From positions 24,929-88,928 of the forward strand of contig JAJDCQ010000115.1 in the NCBI GenBank assembly GCA_029260755.1: 64,000 nucleotides of DNA. Reading direction: 5' to 3'. The position numbers and the translations under genes are program-made. Shown here one piece after another: positions 9,749 through 19,900 of the stretch. The number at the start of each line of letters is the position of its first letter. Position 1 is the stretch's first letter. A model generated the notes under the pieces. The model made no database searches. It was not told the DNA's origin and saw only the letters and a list, made by a program, of their open reading frames with translations. The DNA is from Planctomycetota bacterium. GTDB lineage: Bacteria > Planctomycetota > J058 > JAJDCQ01.

Positions 9749-11419
9749 ATGTTGGAGCGCATCCGGCGCATGAGCGTCCTCGTCCCGGTCCTGCTCGCGG
9801 CCCTCGTGAGCGTTCCGCTCCTCGGCATCGCTCAGGATGGGGACGAAGAGGTCCTTCCCGAGAAGAAGTCGAGCCTCGGCGTCACCACCGTCGACAAGTA
9901 CGCCTACATCCCCGAAGAGGAGCTCCCGCCGGTCAAGGAGGCGAGCAACTACAAGTGGGATGACAGCGATCCGACCGTCGTCTTCCCGATCAACGTCTGG
10001 ATCGGCTGGGCGCCCATCATCGCCGCCAACGGCGGAACCGAGCCGAGCACCGACTCCTGGTTCTACAAGAACTACAAGTTCAAGGTCGACCTGAAGATCA
10101 TCGACAACCCCACCGAGGCGCGCGACGCGTTCAGCGCGGGCGAGAGCCACATCCTCTGGGGCACGCTCGACATGATGGTGCTCTTCAGCGAGGAGCTCCA
10201 GAAGGACAGCCGCACCAACCTCCGGATCTTCCAGCAGATCGACTGGAGCAACGGAGGCGACGGCGTCGTGGCCCGGAACGGGATCAAGAAGATCAACGAT
10301 CTCAAGCCGAGCGGCGGCAAGAAGAAGAAGATCGCCCTCGCGCAGTACTCGCCGAGCCACTACTACATGCTCAACCTCCTCTACTTCGCGGGCATCAACC
10401 CCGACGAGGTCGAGTTCAAGTGGACCCAGGACGCCTTCCAGGCGGCCGCCGCGTTCGTCGGCGACGAGACGATCGACGCGTGCGTGACGTGGGCGCCCGA
10501 CATCTACAACATCTCCGACCCCGAGAAGAGCGGCATCAAGGATGCGGCGCTGATCTCGAGCACGGTCGAGGCGAAGAAGGTGATCGCCGACGTCTGGGCC
10601 GCGCGGGCCGACTTCGCGCGGGACCACCCCGAGATCATCAAGGGCCTCGTGCACGGAGTGTTCGAGGGCATGAAGATGGTCAAGGCCGACCCGGGCAAGG
10701 TCGCGAAGATGGTCGACAAGGCCTACGACCTGCCCAAGGGCGAGGCCGAGGCCATGATGGCCGACGCGCACCTCACCAACTTCGCCGAGAACTACGACTT
10801 CTTCCTCAACCAGAACAACGCGGCGAACTTCGAGAACACCTGGGAGCAGATCTCGACGATCTACGGCCGGACCGGCTACGTGAAGAGCCCGCCGTCGTGG
10901 AAGGAAGTCCTCGACCCGCGCGTGATCGAGCAGCTCAAGGACGAGTACAAGGACTCGAAGAACGAGTACTCGGGCTCGGTCATCAAGATCGCACCCGGCA
11001 AGGACCCGAAGGGTAAGGAGGTCCTCACCCGGACCGTCCGGATCCACTTCGCGCCGAACTCGCCGGTCGTCGACTTCAGCTATCACCCCGAGTCCGAGAC
11101 GATCGTCAAGGAGCTCGGCCGGATGATCGCGCAGTTCGAGGACACGATCATCGTGATCGAGGGCCACGCGGACCGCTCCAAGTGGAACGACGCGAAGGCG
11201 CTCGGCGACGCCTACTTCAAGAAGCACGGCGAGCGCGTCGCGGACCTGAGCGAGCGTCGGGCGGGCGGCGTGCTGAACGCGCTGTTCAAGCAGTTCCCCG
11301 ACCTCAAGAAGGCCAAGGACCGGATCGTCACCGACGGCAGGGGCTGGGACAAGCCGCTCGCCAACGACGCGCTCAGCCGGCGCGTCGAGGTGAAGGTCAT
11401 GACGCCGGAGGCGGAGTAG
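9749..11419 (+). CDS. ABC substrate-binding protein (NMT1/SsuA-like) fused to a C-terminal OmpA-like domain
   Basis: Signal peptide; W.GWAP..AANGG, DWSNGGDG..., TWAP, IADV; C-terminal IEGHAD...LSERRA...G.G..KP...RRVEV. Confidence 0.88.
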   Translation: MLERIRRMSVLVPVLLAALVSVPLLGIAQDGDEEVLPEKKSSLGVTTVDKYAYIPEEELPPVKEASNYKWDDSDPTVVFPINVWIGWAPIIAANGGTEPSTDSWFYKNYKFKVDLKIIDNPTEARDAFSAGESHILWGTLDMMVLFSEELQKDSRTNLRIFQQIDWSNGGDGVVARNGIKKINDLKPSGGKKKKIALAQYSPSHYYMLNLLYFAGINPDEVEFKWTQDAFQAAAAFVGDETIDACVTWAPDIYNISDPEKSGIKDAALISSTVEAKKVIADVWAARADFARDHPEIIKGLVHGVFEGMKMVKADPGKVAKMVDKAYDLPKGEAEAMMADAHLTNFAENYDFFLNQNNAANFENTWEQISTIYGRTGYVKSPPSWKEVLDPRVIEQLKDEYKDSKNEYSGSVIKIAPGKDPKGKEVLTRTVRIHFAPNSPVVDFSYHPESETIVKELGRMIAQFEDTIIVIEGHADRSKWNDAKALGDAYFKKHGERVADLSERRAGGVLNALFKQFPDLKKAKDRIVTDGRGWDKPLANDALSRRVEVKVMTPEAE

Positions 11420-11535
11420 TCATCCGCCGCTTCGCACCGGTGTAGCCTGATTCACGAGGCGGGCGGCAGCGTCGAGCGACGATGCCGCCCGCTTCGCTTC
11501 CCGAGCACCGACCGTCGCTGCCGGAGGGGGAGGTC

Positions 11536-13566
11536 ATGACGAACCGTCTGATGGGCATCGCCCTCGCCGTGGTGATGGCGCTCTTCGCGGCCGGCGCCAC
11601 GCAGATGCGGAGCGCCGAGCTCGAGCGCGCGGCCAAGCCCGCGATCGAGGCGAAGGCGCTCGAGCTTCGCGCCGAAGGCAAGTCGGACGACGAGATCGAC
11701 ATCGCGGGCGACACGATCCGCAACCAGGTCGGTCAGAACCCGCCGACGTTCGCGACGATCCTGAGCGTCATCAGCGTCCTCGCGGTGATCGCCGGGATCG
11801 GCGGTCTCGCCTGGGCGTTCGCCGGGTTCCTCTTCCCGATCCGGGAGCCGCTGGGGCGGCTGAGCAAGAACCTCCACAGCGCCGCGTTCGTCGTCGTCGT
11901 CATCCTGCTCTGGCTTGGCGCGACGACCGGAGCGAAGGACAAGCGGTTCCTCGGGCCGAAGATCCTCCCCGGGCCGGCCGAGTTCTACGAGGAGTTCCCG
12001 AAGCTCATCCGAGGGACCGACTGGGAGGACTGGGGCCTCTGGTCACGCGATGAGCCCGAGCATCTCCGTCAGCCGAACGATCCGGGCGACGACAAGCCCG
12101 AGAAGCAGGAGGCGGCCCAGGCTCAGCGCGCATGGGTGGCGCTGCTCCGGCTCGACTGGCACGACCGGGTCGCCGGAGGCGAAGGGCTCGAGAAGCTCCC
12201 CGTCGCCGAGCAGGACGCGGTGGCGAAGGCCGAGGGCTTCGAGGGGATCGCCCAGCTCGAGGGCTGGTGGGCGAAGACCGAATCGATGCCGGCGGCCGGC
12301 CGGGAGGCGCGCAAGCTGCGCGCGTTCCGGAGCTCGATCGGCGACGAGCAGGACGACGCCCTCCGGGCGCGGAGGCTCGACCGACTCGTCCTCGGCGACG
12401 AGGAGGTCGAGGGGACCGACGATCTCGCCAGGGCCAAGCGCGTCCTCGTGGCGTGGGCGCGCGCCCTCGTCGACGCCGAGCTCGCGGCAGACCGCCTGAC
12501 CCCCGACGAGCTCAAGGCCGAGGTCGCCGCGGCGATCGGCAAGGCGTCGGCCTTCGACCTGACGCCCGATCAAGGCAAGGCGATCGCCGACTTCTACGAC
12601 GACGCGCGGCCGATCCACGCCCGGTTCGTCGCGTCCGGCCTGGCCGGCGTCGCCGACGGCGCGCAGCTCGAGGACTGCTTCGCGGCGATACGCGAGGCCC
12701 GGTGGACGGCGGCGGTCGCCGGTGAGAGCCTCGCCGACTCCGCCGCCTTCGAGGCGCTCTGGAAGGGCGTCCTCGACGGCGCCGGCGAGGAGCGCGAGGC
12801 GCTCGAGGAGTTCCGCCAGAAGCTCGGCTCGACGGCGACGCGGATCGGCGACCAGCGCCGGCCGAAGCGCTTCCGGGACATCGACGAGTGGCACGCGGTG
12901 CCCTACTGGGCCTGCGACCGGGTGCTCCGCGTGGTCATGGGTCACGACTGGCAGGAGTGGAAGCTGCTCAACGACACGCTCATCACGTTCCTGAGGATCG
13001 CGATGGGCTTCTGCTGGGCGGCCCTCCTCGCCGTCCCGCTCGGGATCCTGATGGGCAGCTTCGTGCGGTTCCGCGCGTTCTTCGAGCCGCTCCGGGTCTT
13101 CGGGCTCTACGTGCCGCTTCCGCTCCTGCTGCTGCTGTTCATGGCGATCTTCGGCCTGAGCGAGCAGCAGAAGGTCGCCTTCGTCGCGCTGTCGATCTCG
13201 GTCGTGCTCCTGCCCAACACGATCCTCGCGGTCGAGAGCGTCCCGCAGGTGTTCATCGACACCGGCTCGACCCTCGGCGCGACGCGCGCGCAGATCGTTC
13301 GCCGGGTGCTCGTCGGCATCTCGTGGGGCGACATCTTCCGGGCGCTGCGCCTCGGGTTCGCGGTGGGCTGGACCTGGATCCTGGTCGCCGAGGCGATCGG
13401 CGCCGAGAGCGGGCTCGGCTACCGGGCGAGCGTGGCGCAGAAGCGCGGGCTCACCTCGATCATCTACTTCATCATCATCGAGATCGTGTTCCTCGGATAC
13501 GTGATCAACAAGCTGTGGGCCGTCCTGGAAGGCAAGCTCTTCCCGTATCGCCAGGTCTCGGAGTAG
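11536..13566 (+). CDS. ABC permease (NitT/TauT family) with a large soluble insertion
   Basis: GGAGG RBS; ILPGP motif, then about 300 hydrophilic residues, then a typical TM core (RIAMGF..A...[30 protein letters not shown]). Confidence 0.88.
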   Translation: MTNRLMGIALAVVMALFAAGATQMRSAELERAAKPAIEAKALELRAEGKSDDEIDIAGDTIRNQVGQNPPTFATILSVISVLAVIAGIGGLAWAFAGFLFPIREPLGRLSKNLHSAAFVVVVILLWLGATTGAKDKRFLGPKILPGPAEFYEEFPKLIRGTDWEDWGLWSRDEPEHLRQPNDPGDDKPEKQEAAQAQRAWVALLRLDWHDRVAGGEGLEKLPVAEQDAVAKAEGFEGIAQLEGWWAKTESMPAAGREARKLRAFRSSIGDEQDDALRARRLDRLVLGDEEVEGTDDLARAKRVLVAWARALVDAELAADRLTPDELKAEVAAAIGKASAFDLTPDQGKAIADFYDDARPIHARFVASGLAGVADGAQLEDCFAAIREARWTAAVAGESLADSAAFEALWKGVLDGAGEEREALEEFRQKLGSTATRIGDQRRPKRFRDIDEWHAVPYWACDRVLRVVMGHDWQEWKLLNDTLITFLRIAMGFCWAALLAVPLGILMGSFVRFRAFFEPLRVFGLYVPLPLLLLLFMAIFGLSEQQKVAFVALSISVVLLPNTILAVESVPQVFIDTGSTLGATRAQIVRRVLVGISWGDIFRALRLGFAVGWTWILVAEAIGAESGLGYRASVAQKRGLTSIIYFIIIEIVFLGYVINKLWAVLEGKLFPYRQVSE

Positions 13567-13609
13567 GCGAGTCCCGAAGGAAGCGAGCGATCACGCTGGA
13601 GGATCGAAC

Positions 13610-14572
13610 GTGAACATCGACAAGGAGCACGTGGTCCACAAGAGCCCTCCCAAGGCGGGGGAGCTCCACAAGGACTACAGCGACTACATCATCACGTTCG
13701 AGAACGTGACGAAGAGGTTCGGCGACTTCACCGCGGTGAAGGACGTGAACTTCGAGGTCTACGACATCCCCGAGAAGGGCGAGTTCATCTCGATCCTCGG
13801 CCCGTCGGGCTGCGGGAAGTCGACGATCCTGAACCAGATCGCGGGATTCTACGGGCCGAGCTCGGGGCGGGTGCTCCAGCGAGGGAAGCCGATCACCGGT
13901 CCGGGCGCCGACCGCGGCATGGTCTTTCAGACCTACTCGTCGTTTCCTCAGCTCAAGGTCTGGCAGAACATCGCGTTCGGCATGGTGATCCAGGAGCTGA
14001 AAAGACCGAAGAATCCGGCCCTAAAGCTCCTGGATTCGTTCATCGGGATCCAGGGAGCCCGGAAGCGGGACCTGAAGGAACGTGCTTTGCTCTGGGTCGA
14101 CCGTGTCGGCCTCAAGGGCAATCACGAGAAGTACCCCCACCAGCTCAGCGGTGGCATGCGTCAGCGGGTCGCGCTGGCGCGCACCCTCGCCGTCAAGCCA
14201 GAGATCATCCTCATGGACGAGCCGTTCGGCGCGCTCGACCGGATCACCCGCTGGGAGATGCAGGATCTCCTGGTCTCTCTCTGGCGTGAGAAGCAGGCGA
14301 CGGTCTTTCTCATCACACACGACATCGGCGAGGCCGTCTACCTGGGCGATCGGATCTACATCCTCAGCGAGAGCCCGGGCACCATCTCCGAGGAGGTGGA
14401 CGTCCCGCCGCCCGACGAGCCCGCGGCCGTCATGCAGCGTCGGAACGAGTTCAGCGAGATCGTGAACGAGATCTCGATGAAGGTGGAGTACGAGGGCGGC
14501 GCCGAGGGCGCGCCTGCCAAGGAAGAGAAGGTCGAGGGCGTGAAGCTCGACGTCCCCGCAAAGCGAGCGTAG
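13610..14572 (+). CDS. ABC ATP-binding protein (NitT/TauT family)
   Basis: Walker [30 protein letters not shown]. Confidence 0.95.
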   Translation: MNIDKEHVVHKSPPKAGELHKDYSDYIITFENVTKRFGDFTAVKDVNFEVYDIPEKGEFISILGPSGCGKSTILNQIAGFYGPSSGRVLQRGKPITGPGADRGMVFQTYSSFPQLKVWQNIAFGMVIQELKRPKNPALKLLDSFIGIQGARKRDLKERALLWVDRVGLKGNHEKYPHQLSGGMRQRVALARTLAVKPEIILMDEPFGALDRITRWEMQDLLVSLWREKQATVFLITHDIGEAVYLGDRIYILSESPGTISEEVDVPPPDEPAAVMQRRNEFSEIVNEISMKVEYEGGAEGAPAKEEKVEGVKLDVPAKRA

Positions 14573-14619
14573 CTCTCACGATCCGAAAGGGTTGTGACAT
14601 CCCGGGTCGACGAGACTTC

Positions 14620-14648
14620 TTGATAGCGCTCCGAAGGACCAGTAGACT
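14620..14648 (+). promoter_or_regulatory. Sigma70-like promoter
   Basis: TTGATA-N17-TAGACT upstream of 14724. Confidence 0.45.
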
Positions 14649-14723
14649 CTAATCTCCCCGCGGCCTGACCGCCGCACCCGCGTTCCCATCCCGCGGGCCC
14701 AGGGACCTGAGAAGGAGACGAAG

Positions 14724-15380
14724 ATGGCTGACGAGAAGAAGAACGAGCAGCAGCAGGAGAAGAAGGGCGGGTCATTTCTGACCAAGCTGATCCTCATCCT
14801 TCTCGTGCTCATCATGGGCTTCGGCGGGTTCCTGATGTACCGCCACAGCAGCACGGTCGGGAAGGCGCCCTGGAAGTGGGGCGGCGAGGAGTGGAGCAGC
14901 TTCGCCTCGTTCGCGTCGGACGAGTCGAAGGAGATCGGATCGTCGGCGGCCGAGACCGCCAAGAGCGCCGGCGCGAAGCTCAAGGAGTGGGCCGGCAACC
15001 TCGACTCGCTCCTCAAGAAGGCCCGTCAGGGCACCGGTGAGGAAGAGGGCGGCACGGCGGTGACCGTCGGGACCGAGGGCACGGCGGCGAACGTCGACGC
15101 CGAGTGCCTCAACAGCTACCGCGAGGGCTGCAAGGCGCTCGCCGAGGCGGTTCCTCTCTACAAGCACGCGCAGAAGCTCCAGGTCGGCACCGGCGGCACG
15201 GCCCCGGATGCGACCGCCGCCTTCGAGAAGTACACCGAGGCGAAGAAGCACTTCGACACGGCCGTCACCAAGCTCGAGAAGGCCAAGGAGCTCGATCCGA
15301 ACGTCGACCCCGAGCTCGACGACCTGATCGGAGCGACCAAGGAGTGGCAGGAGGCGTGCGAGGAGACGATGAACGACTAG
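14724..15380 (+). CDS. Hypothetical membrane-anchored helical protein
   Basis: AAGGAG RBS, strong codon bias, single N-terminal TM helix. Confidence 0.75.
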   Translation: MADEKKNEQQQEKKGGSFLTKLILILLVLIMGFGGFLMYRHSSTVGKAPWKWGGEEWSSFASFASDESKEIGSSAAETAKSAGAKLKEWAGNLDSLLKKARQGTGEEEGGTAVTVGTEGTAANVDAECLNSYREGCKALAEAVPLYKHAQKLQVGTGGTAPDATAAFEKYTEAKKHFDTAVTKLEKAKELDPNVDPELDDLIGATKEWQEACEETMND

Positions 15381-15489
15381 TCTCGTTCGCGCCTTTCTTT
15401 CACGACTGACTGACTCACCGCCGCGGCGGTCGTCCCATCCGGGCCGACCGCCGCGCGCGTGTACGGCGGCGACTTGGCACTGACCGAAG

Positions 15490-15580
15490 GCAGTCCGCGC
15501 AATCCGTGAAATCCGCGGTTTCGTTCTCCCGTCACGAGCCGGGTGGAACCACGGATTTCGCGGATGACGCGGATTGCGAG
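15490..15580. repeat. Palindromic intergenic repeat, family A copy 2 (degenerate)
   Basis: AGTCCGCGCAATCCGTGAAATCCGCGGTT ... AACCACGGATTTCGCGGATGACGCGGATTG; the tail GCGAG...CATTGCCG resembles copy 3. Confidence 0.8.
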
Positions 15581-15800
15581 CTGCAGGCTCCAAGTCCATT
15601 GCCGACGATCCGCCGGTCTCGACTCGCAAATCCGTGGGATCCATGCATCCGTCGATCGAAACCGATCGAAGGGGCGCGCCTCGATCGCCCCCGCCCCGCG
15701 GCTTGCCCGCGTCTCTCTCTCAGTGTTAGATGCCGCCCTGCCCGCGAGCCCACCGTAGGTTCCGAAGCCGACCGACCCGACCGATCTCCGGAGGCATCCG

Positions 15801-16739
15801 ATGAAGCGTGCCTTGGCGTTCGCCGCCCTGACGGCATTCCTCGCCGTGACCGCGGCCATCCTCGTCGTCCCCGCCTCGACCCACGCCGCCGACGAAGAGC
15901 CGGCGACGCTCCCCGGCGGCCTCCGCAAGGTCTCGCCCGGCGAGTACGAGAACGAGGTCGACGGCAGTCGATGGGTCTACGTGCCCAGCTCGACCTTCAC
16001 GATGGGTCGGGATGACGGCGAGGCTGACGAGGGGCCGGCGCGCGAGATCCAGGTGTCGGCGTTCTTCATCCAGAAGACCGAGGTGTCGAACAAGCAGTAC
16101 GGCAAGTTCCTCGAGTGGTTCGGACGGACCCGCAGCTACCAGTACGCCCACAAGGACCAGCCGGCCGGTCAGAACCACCTACCGCGCTCTTGGGCACGCG
16201 AGGCGTACAAGAACTACAGCCCGACGCCCGATCACCCGGTCGTGTTCGTCTCCTTCTGGGACGCGTGGACCTACGCGGGCTGGGTCGGCGCCCGCCTGCC
16301 GACGGAGGCCGAGTGGGAGCTCGCGGCGCGCGGGACCGACGGGCGGAAGCACCCGTGGGGCGACGAGAAGGCGAGCGCGGGCGGCTTCTATCGAGCGAAC
16401 TACGGCACCGGCAAGCCGGGCGCCGATGGGTTCGAGACGACCGCGCCGGTCGGCAGCTTCCCCAAGGGCGCCTCGCCGTTCGGGTGCCTCGACATGGCAG
16501 GCAACGTCTTCGAGTGGTGCGGCGACTTCTACAGCTCGAAGTGGTACGACCAGATGCCCAAGAAGGACCCGAACAACATCGCGCCGGCGGCGCCGAAGCA
16601 CTCGGTGCGAAGCGTCCGGGGCGGCTCGTGGTCCGACCGGAGCAGCCTCCTCCGCTCGAGCTACCGCGACTACCGCAAGCCGGAGACCCAGGGCGCCATG
16701 ATCGGCTTCCGGTGCGTGATTCCCGCCCCGCAGAAGTGA
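15801..16739 (+). CDS. Secreted FGE-sulfatase (SUMF1) domain protein
   Basis: Signal peptide; FTMG, TEVSN.QY, HPVVFVS, RLPTEAEWE.AARG, DMAGNVFEW, RGGSW, GFRC. No catalytic FGE cysteine pair. Confidence 0.93.
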   Translation: MKRALAFAALTAFLAVTAAILVVPASTHAADEEPATLPGGLRKVSPGEYENEVDGSRWVYVPSSTFTMGRDDGEADEGPAREIQVSAFFIQKTEVSNKQYGKFLEWFGRTRSYQYAHKDQPAGQNHLPRSWAREAYKNYSPTPDHPVVFVSFWDAWTYAGWVGARLPTEAEWELAARGTDGRKHPWGDEKASAGGFYRANYGTGKPGADGFETTAPVGSFPKGASPFGCLDMAGNVFEWCGDFYSSKWYDQMPKKDPNNIAPAAPKHSVRSVRGGSWSDRSSLLRSSYRDYRKPETQGAMIGFRCVIPAPQK

Positions 16740-16844
16740 GGCTGACCCCGAGGCCCAGATCCGCAGATGCCCCGGGTCCTTCTCGACGTGATGATGTCGA
16801 CGCGGGACGACGTGGAACCGCCGGACTCACCATGCCGCACGGCG

Positions 16845-16874
16845 TTGACACTTCTCCGAAAGGCGGATTAGAAT
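16845..16874 (+). promoter_or_regulatory. Sigma70-like promoter of the cytochrome operon
   Basis: TTGACA-N18-TAGAAT. Confidence 0.6.
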
Positions 16875-16888
16875 GTCCGTCCGCCCGG

Positions 16889-16906
16889 TTGTGAAAAAAG
16901 TCACAA
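16889..16906. promoter_or_regulatory. Palindromic operator (Rex-like or CRP/FNR-family-like)
   Basis: TTGTGAAAAAAGTCACAA: exact TGTGA-N6-TCACA, and one mismatch to the Rex box TTGTGAA-N4-TTCACAA. Confidence 0.7.
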
Positions 16907-16982
16907 GCCCGCAAACCAGCCGTCCTTAACGTAACCGCGACGCTCACGCTAACGTCCAGCGTGCGGAGGAGATAGGGCGAAC

Positions 16983-19900
16983 ATGGCGAATCCAGCGCCG
17001 AGAGGGTTCCGAGAAGGTCCGTACGACATCGGGACTCTGAACAAGGTCTTCGCGGTCTCCAGCATCGCGATGCTCATCTCGCTGGTTCTGCTCGTCTGGG
17101 ACGACTACGCCCGCGAGTGGAAGCACGTGCAGGGCGAGTTCCGCGAGATCGAGATCGAGCGGGCCGAGACCGCTCTGGCCGCGGAGCGTGCGCGGCTCGA
17201 GGCCGAGGACGCGAAGCGCCTCGGGGAGCTCGAGGCCGCCCTCGCCGCCGGCGAGAAGTCGATCGCGTCGAGCGAGTCCGAGATCGCGCGGATCGAGGCC
17301 GAGATGCGGCTCACGAACGCGACCGTCCAGCGACTCGGGCTCGACTACGCCAACCTCAAGTCCGAGGTCGACGCCCTCGACTACGAGATCTCGGTCTACG
17401 ACGAGCACCACGACCCCCGCCAGGATGGCGCCGTCACCCGCCGCAAGCGGATGAAGGCGGAGCTCGACGCGATCTTCATCGCGAAGGAAGAGGCGGACAC
17501 GACCCTCCTCGCGCAGAAGGAGGCGCTCGCGAAGGTCTACGCGACGAAGACCGAGGCCGAGGCCGCCCTCGCCGAGATCAACACCGAGGCGGTCCGTCTC
17601 GAAGGCGCCCTCGACAAGATCGCCCACAAGGTGATCAACGATCTCATGCTCGACGCGCCGCTGCTCGACTTCGTCGCGCCGACCCTCAAGATCGACCAGA
17701 TCGTCCTGCCCCATCTCCAGGACGACCTCTACTTCGCGAAGATCTACAAGGTCGACCGCTGCCAGACCTGCCATCTCGCGATCGATCGCGCCGGTTACGG
17801 TGAGGAGGTCCCCGAGGTCTTCCGGACGCACCCGAACCTCGACCTCTACATGTCGGCCACCTCGAAGCACCCCAAGGGCAAGTTCGGGTGCACGATCTGC
17901 CACGACGGGATGGGCCACGCGGTCGATTTCGTCCGCGTCGCGCACATGCCCGACGTCGAGCCGCTCGACAAGAGCCATCAGCCGGCCGACGACGATCACG
18001 TCGGCGGCGGCGGCCACGGCGGCGAAGGCTGGTTCGACCGCCCCGACCGCGAGCGCTGGCACGAGGAGCTCGACTGGCACCAGCGCCACCACTGGGCGGA
18101 GCCGATGGTCCCGCTCTCGCTCGTCGAGGCGCGTTGCATGAACTGCCACGCGACCAACCGGCCGCTCGAGGGCGCCGACACGCTCAACGCCGCCCGCAAG
18201 ACGATGGAGAAGGCCGCCTGTTACGGCTGCCACAAGATCCGCGGCTACGATGCGATGCCGAAGCCGGCGCCGCCGCTCACCCACGTCGGCGACAAGCTCG
18301 ACCACGACTGGGTCTTCGCCTGGCTCAAGAACCCGCGCCACTTCCGGCCGTCCACCTACATGCCGCGGTTCTTCGACCTCGACAACGTCGATGAGATCGA
18401 GCGCTACGGGGAGGAGGCGATCTTCTACCCGGCGCGCCAGAACCTCGAGGCGCTCGCGATCACCGACTACCTCTACTCGGTCTCCGGCAACCGCGGCTAC
18501 CAGACGGTGGACGGCGGCGACGCCGAGGCCGGTGAGGCCTCCTTCCACGAGCTCGGTTGCGCCGCGTGCCACGTCAACGACGGCAGCCCGCTCTCCGAGA
18601 CCGACGCGACCCAGGAGTACGGTCCCGAGCTCTCGCGCATGGCCGAGAAGCTCGCATCCGGCGGCGGCGCGACGTGGGTATACAACTGGGTCCGCGACCC
18701 GAAGCACTACTACGCCGACGGCAACATGCCGAACCTGCGGCTCACCGAGGACGAGGCGAAGGACATCGCCGCCTACATCACGTCGCTGAAGAAGAACGGG
18801 GCCGCGAAGGCGACCGTGCCCTTCGCCCTCGACGACGGGATCGACACCTCGGGCACCGACCCGCGCACCTACCGGGACATGCTCCGCGCCCTCGCGATCG
18901 AGCACCTCCGCGATCGCCTCACCGCGAGCGCCGCCGAGAAGGAGATCGGGCGCTGGAAGGCGGAGGCCGGCACCGACGCGAAGCTCGACGCGCGCCTCAT
19001 GAGCTACGTCGGCGAGCGGACGATCAATCACTACGGTTGCTTCGGCTGCCATGACATCCCGGGCTTCGAGGGACGGCTGGGCATCGGCGCCGAGCTCTCG
19101 ACGATCGGCAGCAAGATCCTCAGCCAGTTCGATTTCGGCCACGTCGCGATCGAGCACTCGCGGATGGACTGGATCGCGCAGAAGCTCGACGAGCCGCGGA
19201 TCTTCGACGTGACGAAGATCAAGGCCCCGCGCGACAAGCTGAAGATGCCGAAGTTCGGGTTGACGAAGGAGGAGGTGAAGGCGATCACCATGTTCCTCCT
19301 CGGCCTGACCGATCGTGAGGTCGGCCCGCACTACGAGTACAACCCCGGCGAGCGCCAGCGGGCGCTCACCGAGGGGCGGCACCTCATCGAGGACAAGAAC
19401 TGCATCGCGTGCCACTACTTCGAGGTGCCTCAGTGGAGCCTGGTCCTCGAGCGCGACGCGACCGAGGACGAGCCCGCCGAGCGGCGTGAGATCTCGTTCC
19501 AGGGACTCAAGCTCCTCGACACGCGGCCGCTTCAGAGCTTTGATTACCACGAGGCGGCCGAGGAGGGCGAGGATCCGCTGGTCGACCCCGAGGAGCCGAT
19601 CCCGTTCCCGGTCAACTTCGAGCTCTGGAGCGCGGTTCCGAGCCTCGGTCTGCCTGCCGGCGCGACGTTGAATCTCACCTACAACGCCCCGCCCAAGACG
19701 CCGGAAGAGGACTACGAGCCCGAGCCGACCTGGCTCCTCGAAGCCGGCGCCGAGTCGATCGGCTTCGACCGGGTCGACATGATCAAGTCCGGCGGTCTCG
19801 GCGGTCGCCTGGCCGAGCAGGTCACGAGGCGGGCGCTCCTCGACGCGGACGGGATCGATCTCGAGAACCTGGTCGAGACGGCCGCGGGCGAGAACGAGCT

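Noticed and set aside
15801..16739. Active formylglycine-generating enzyme or DGR target
   Set aside because: No catalytic Cys pair after RGGSW, and no reverse transcriptase or template repeat was seen in the window.
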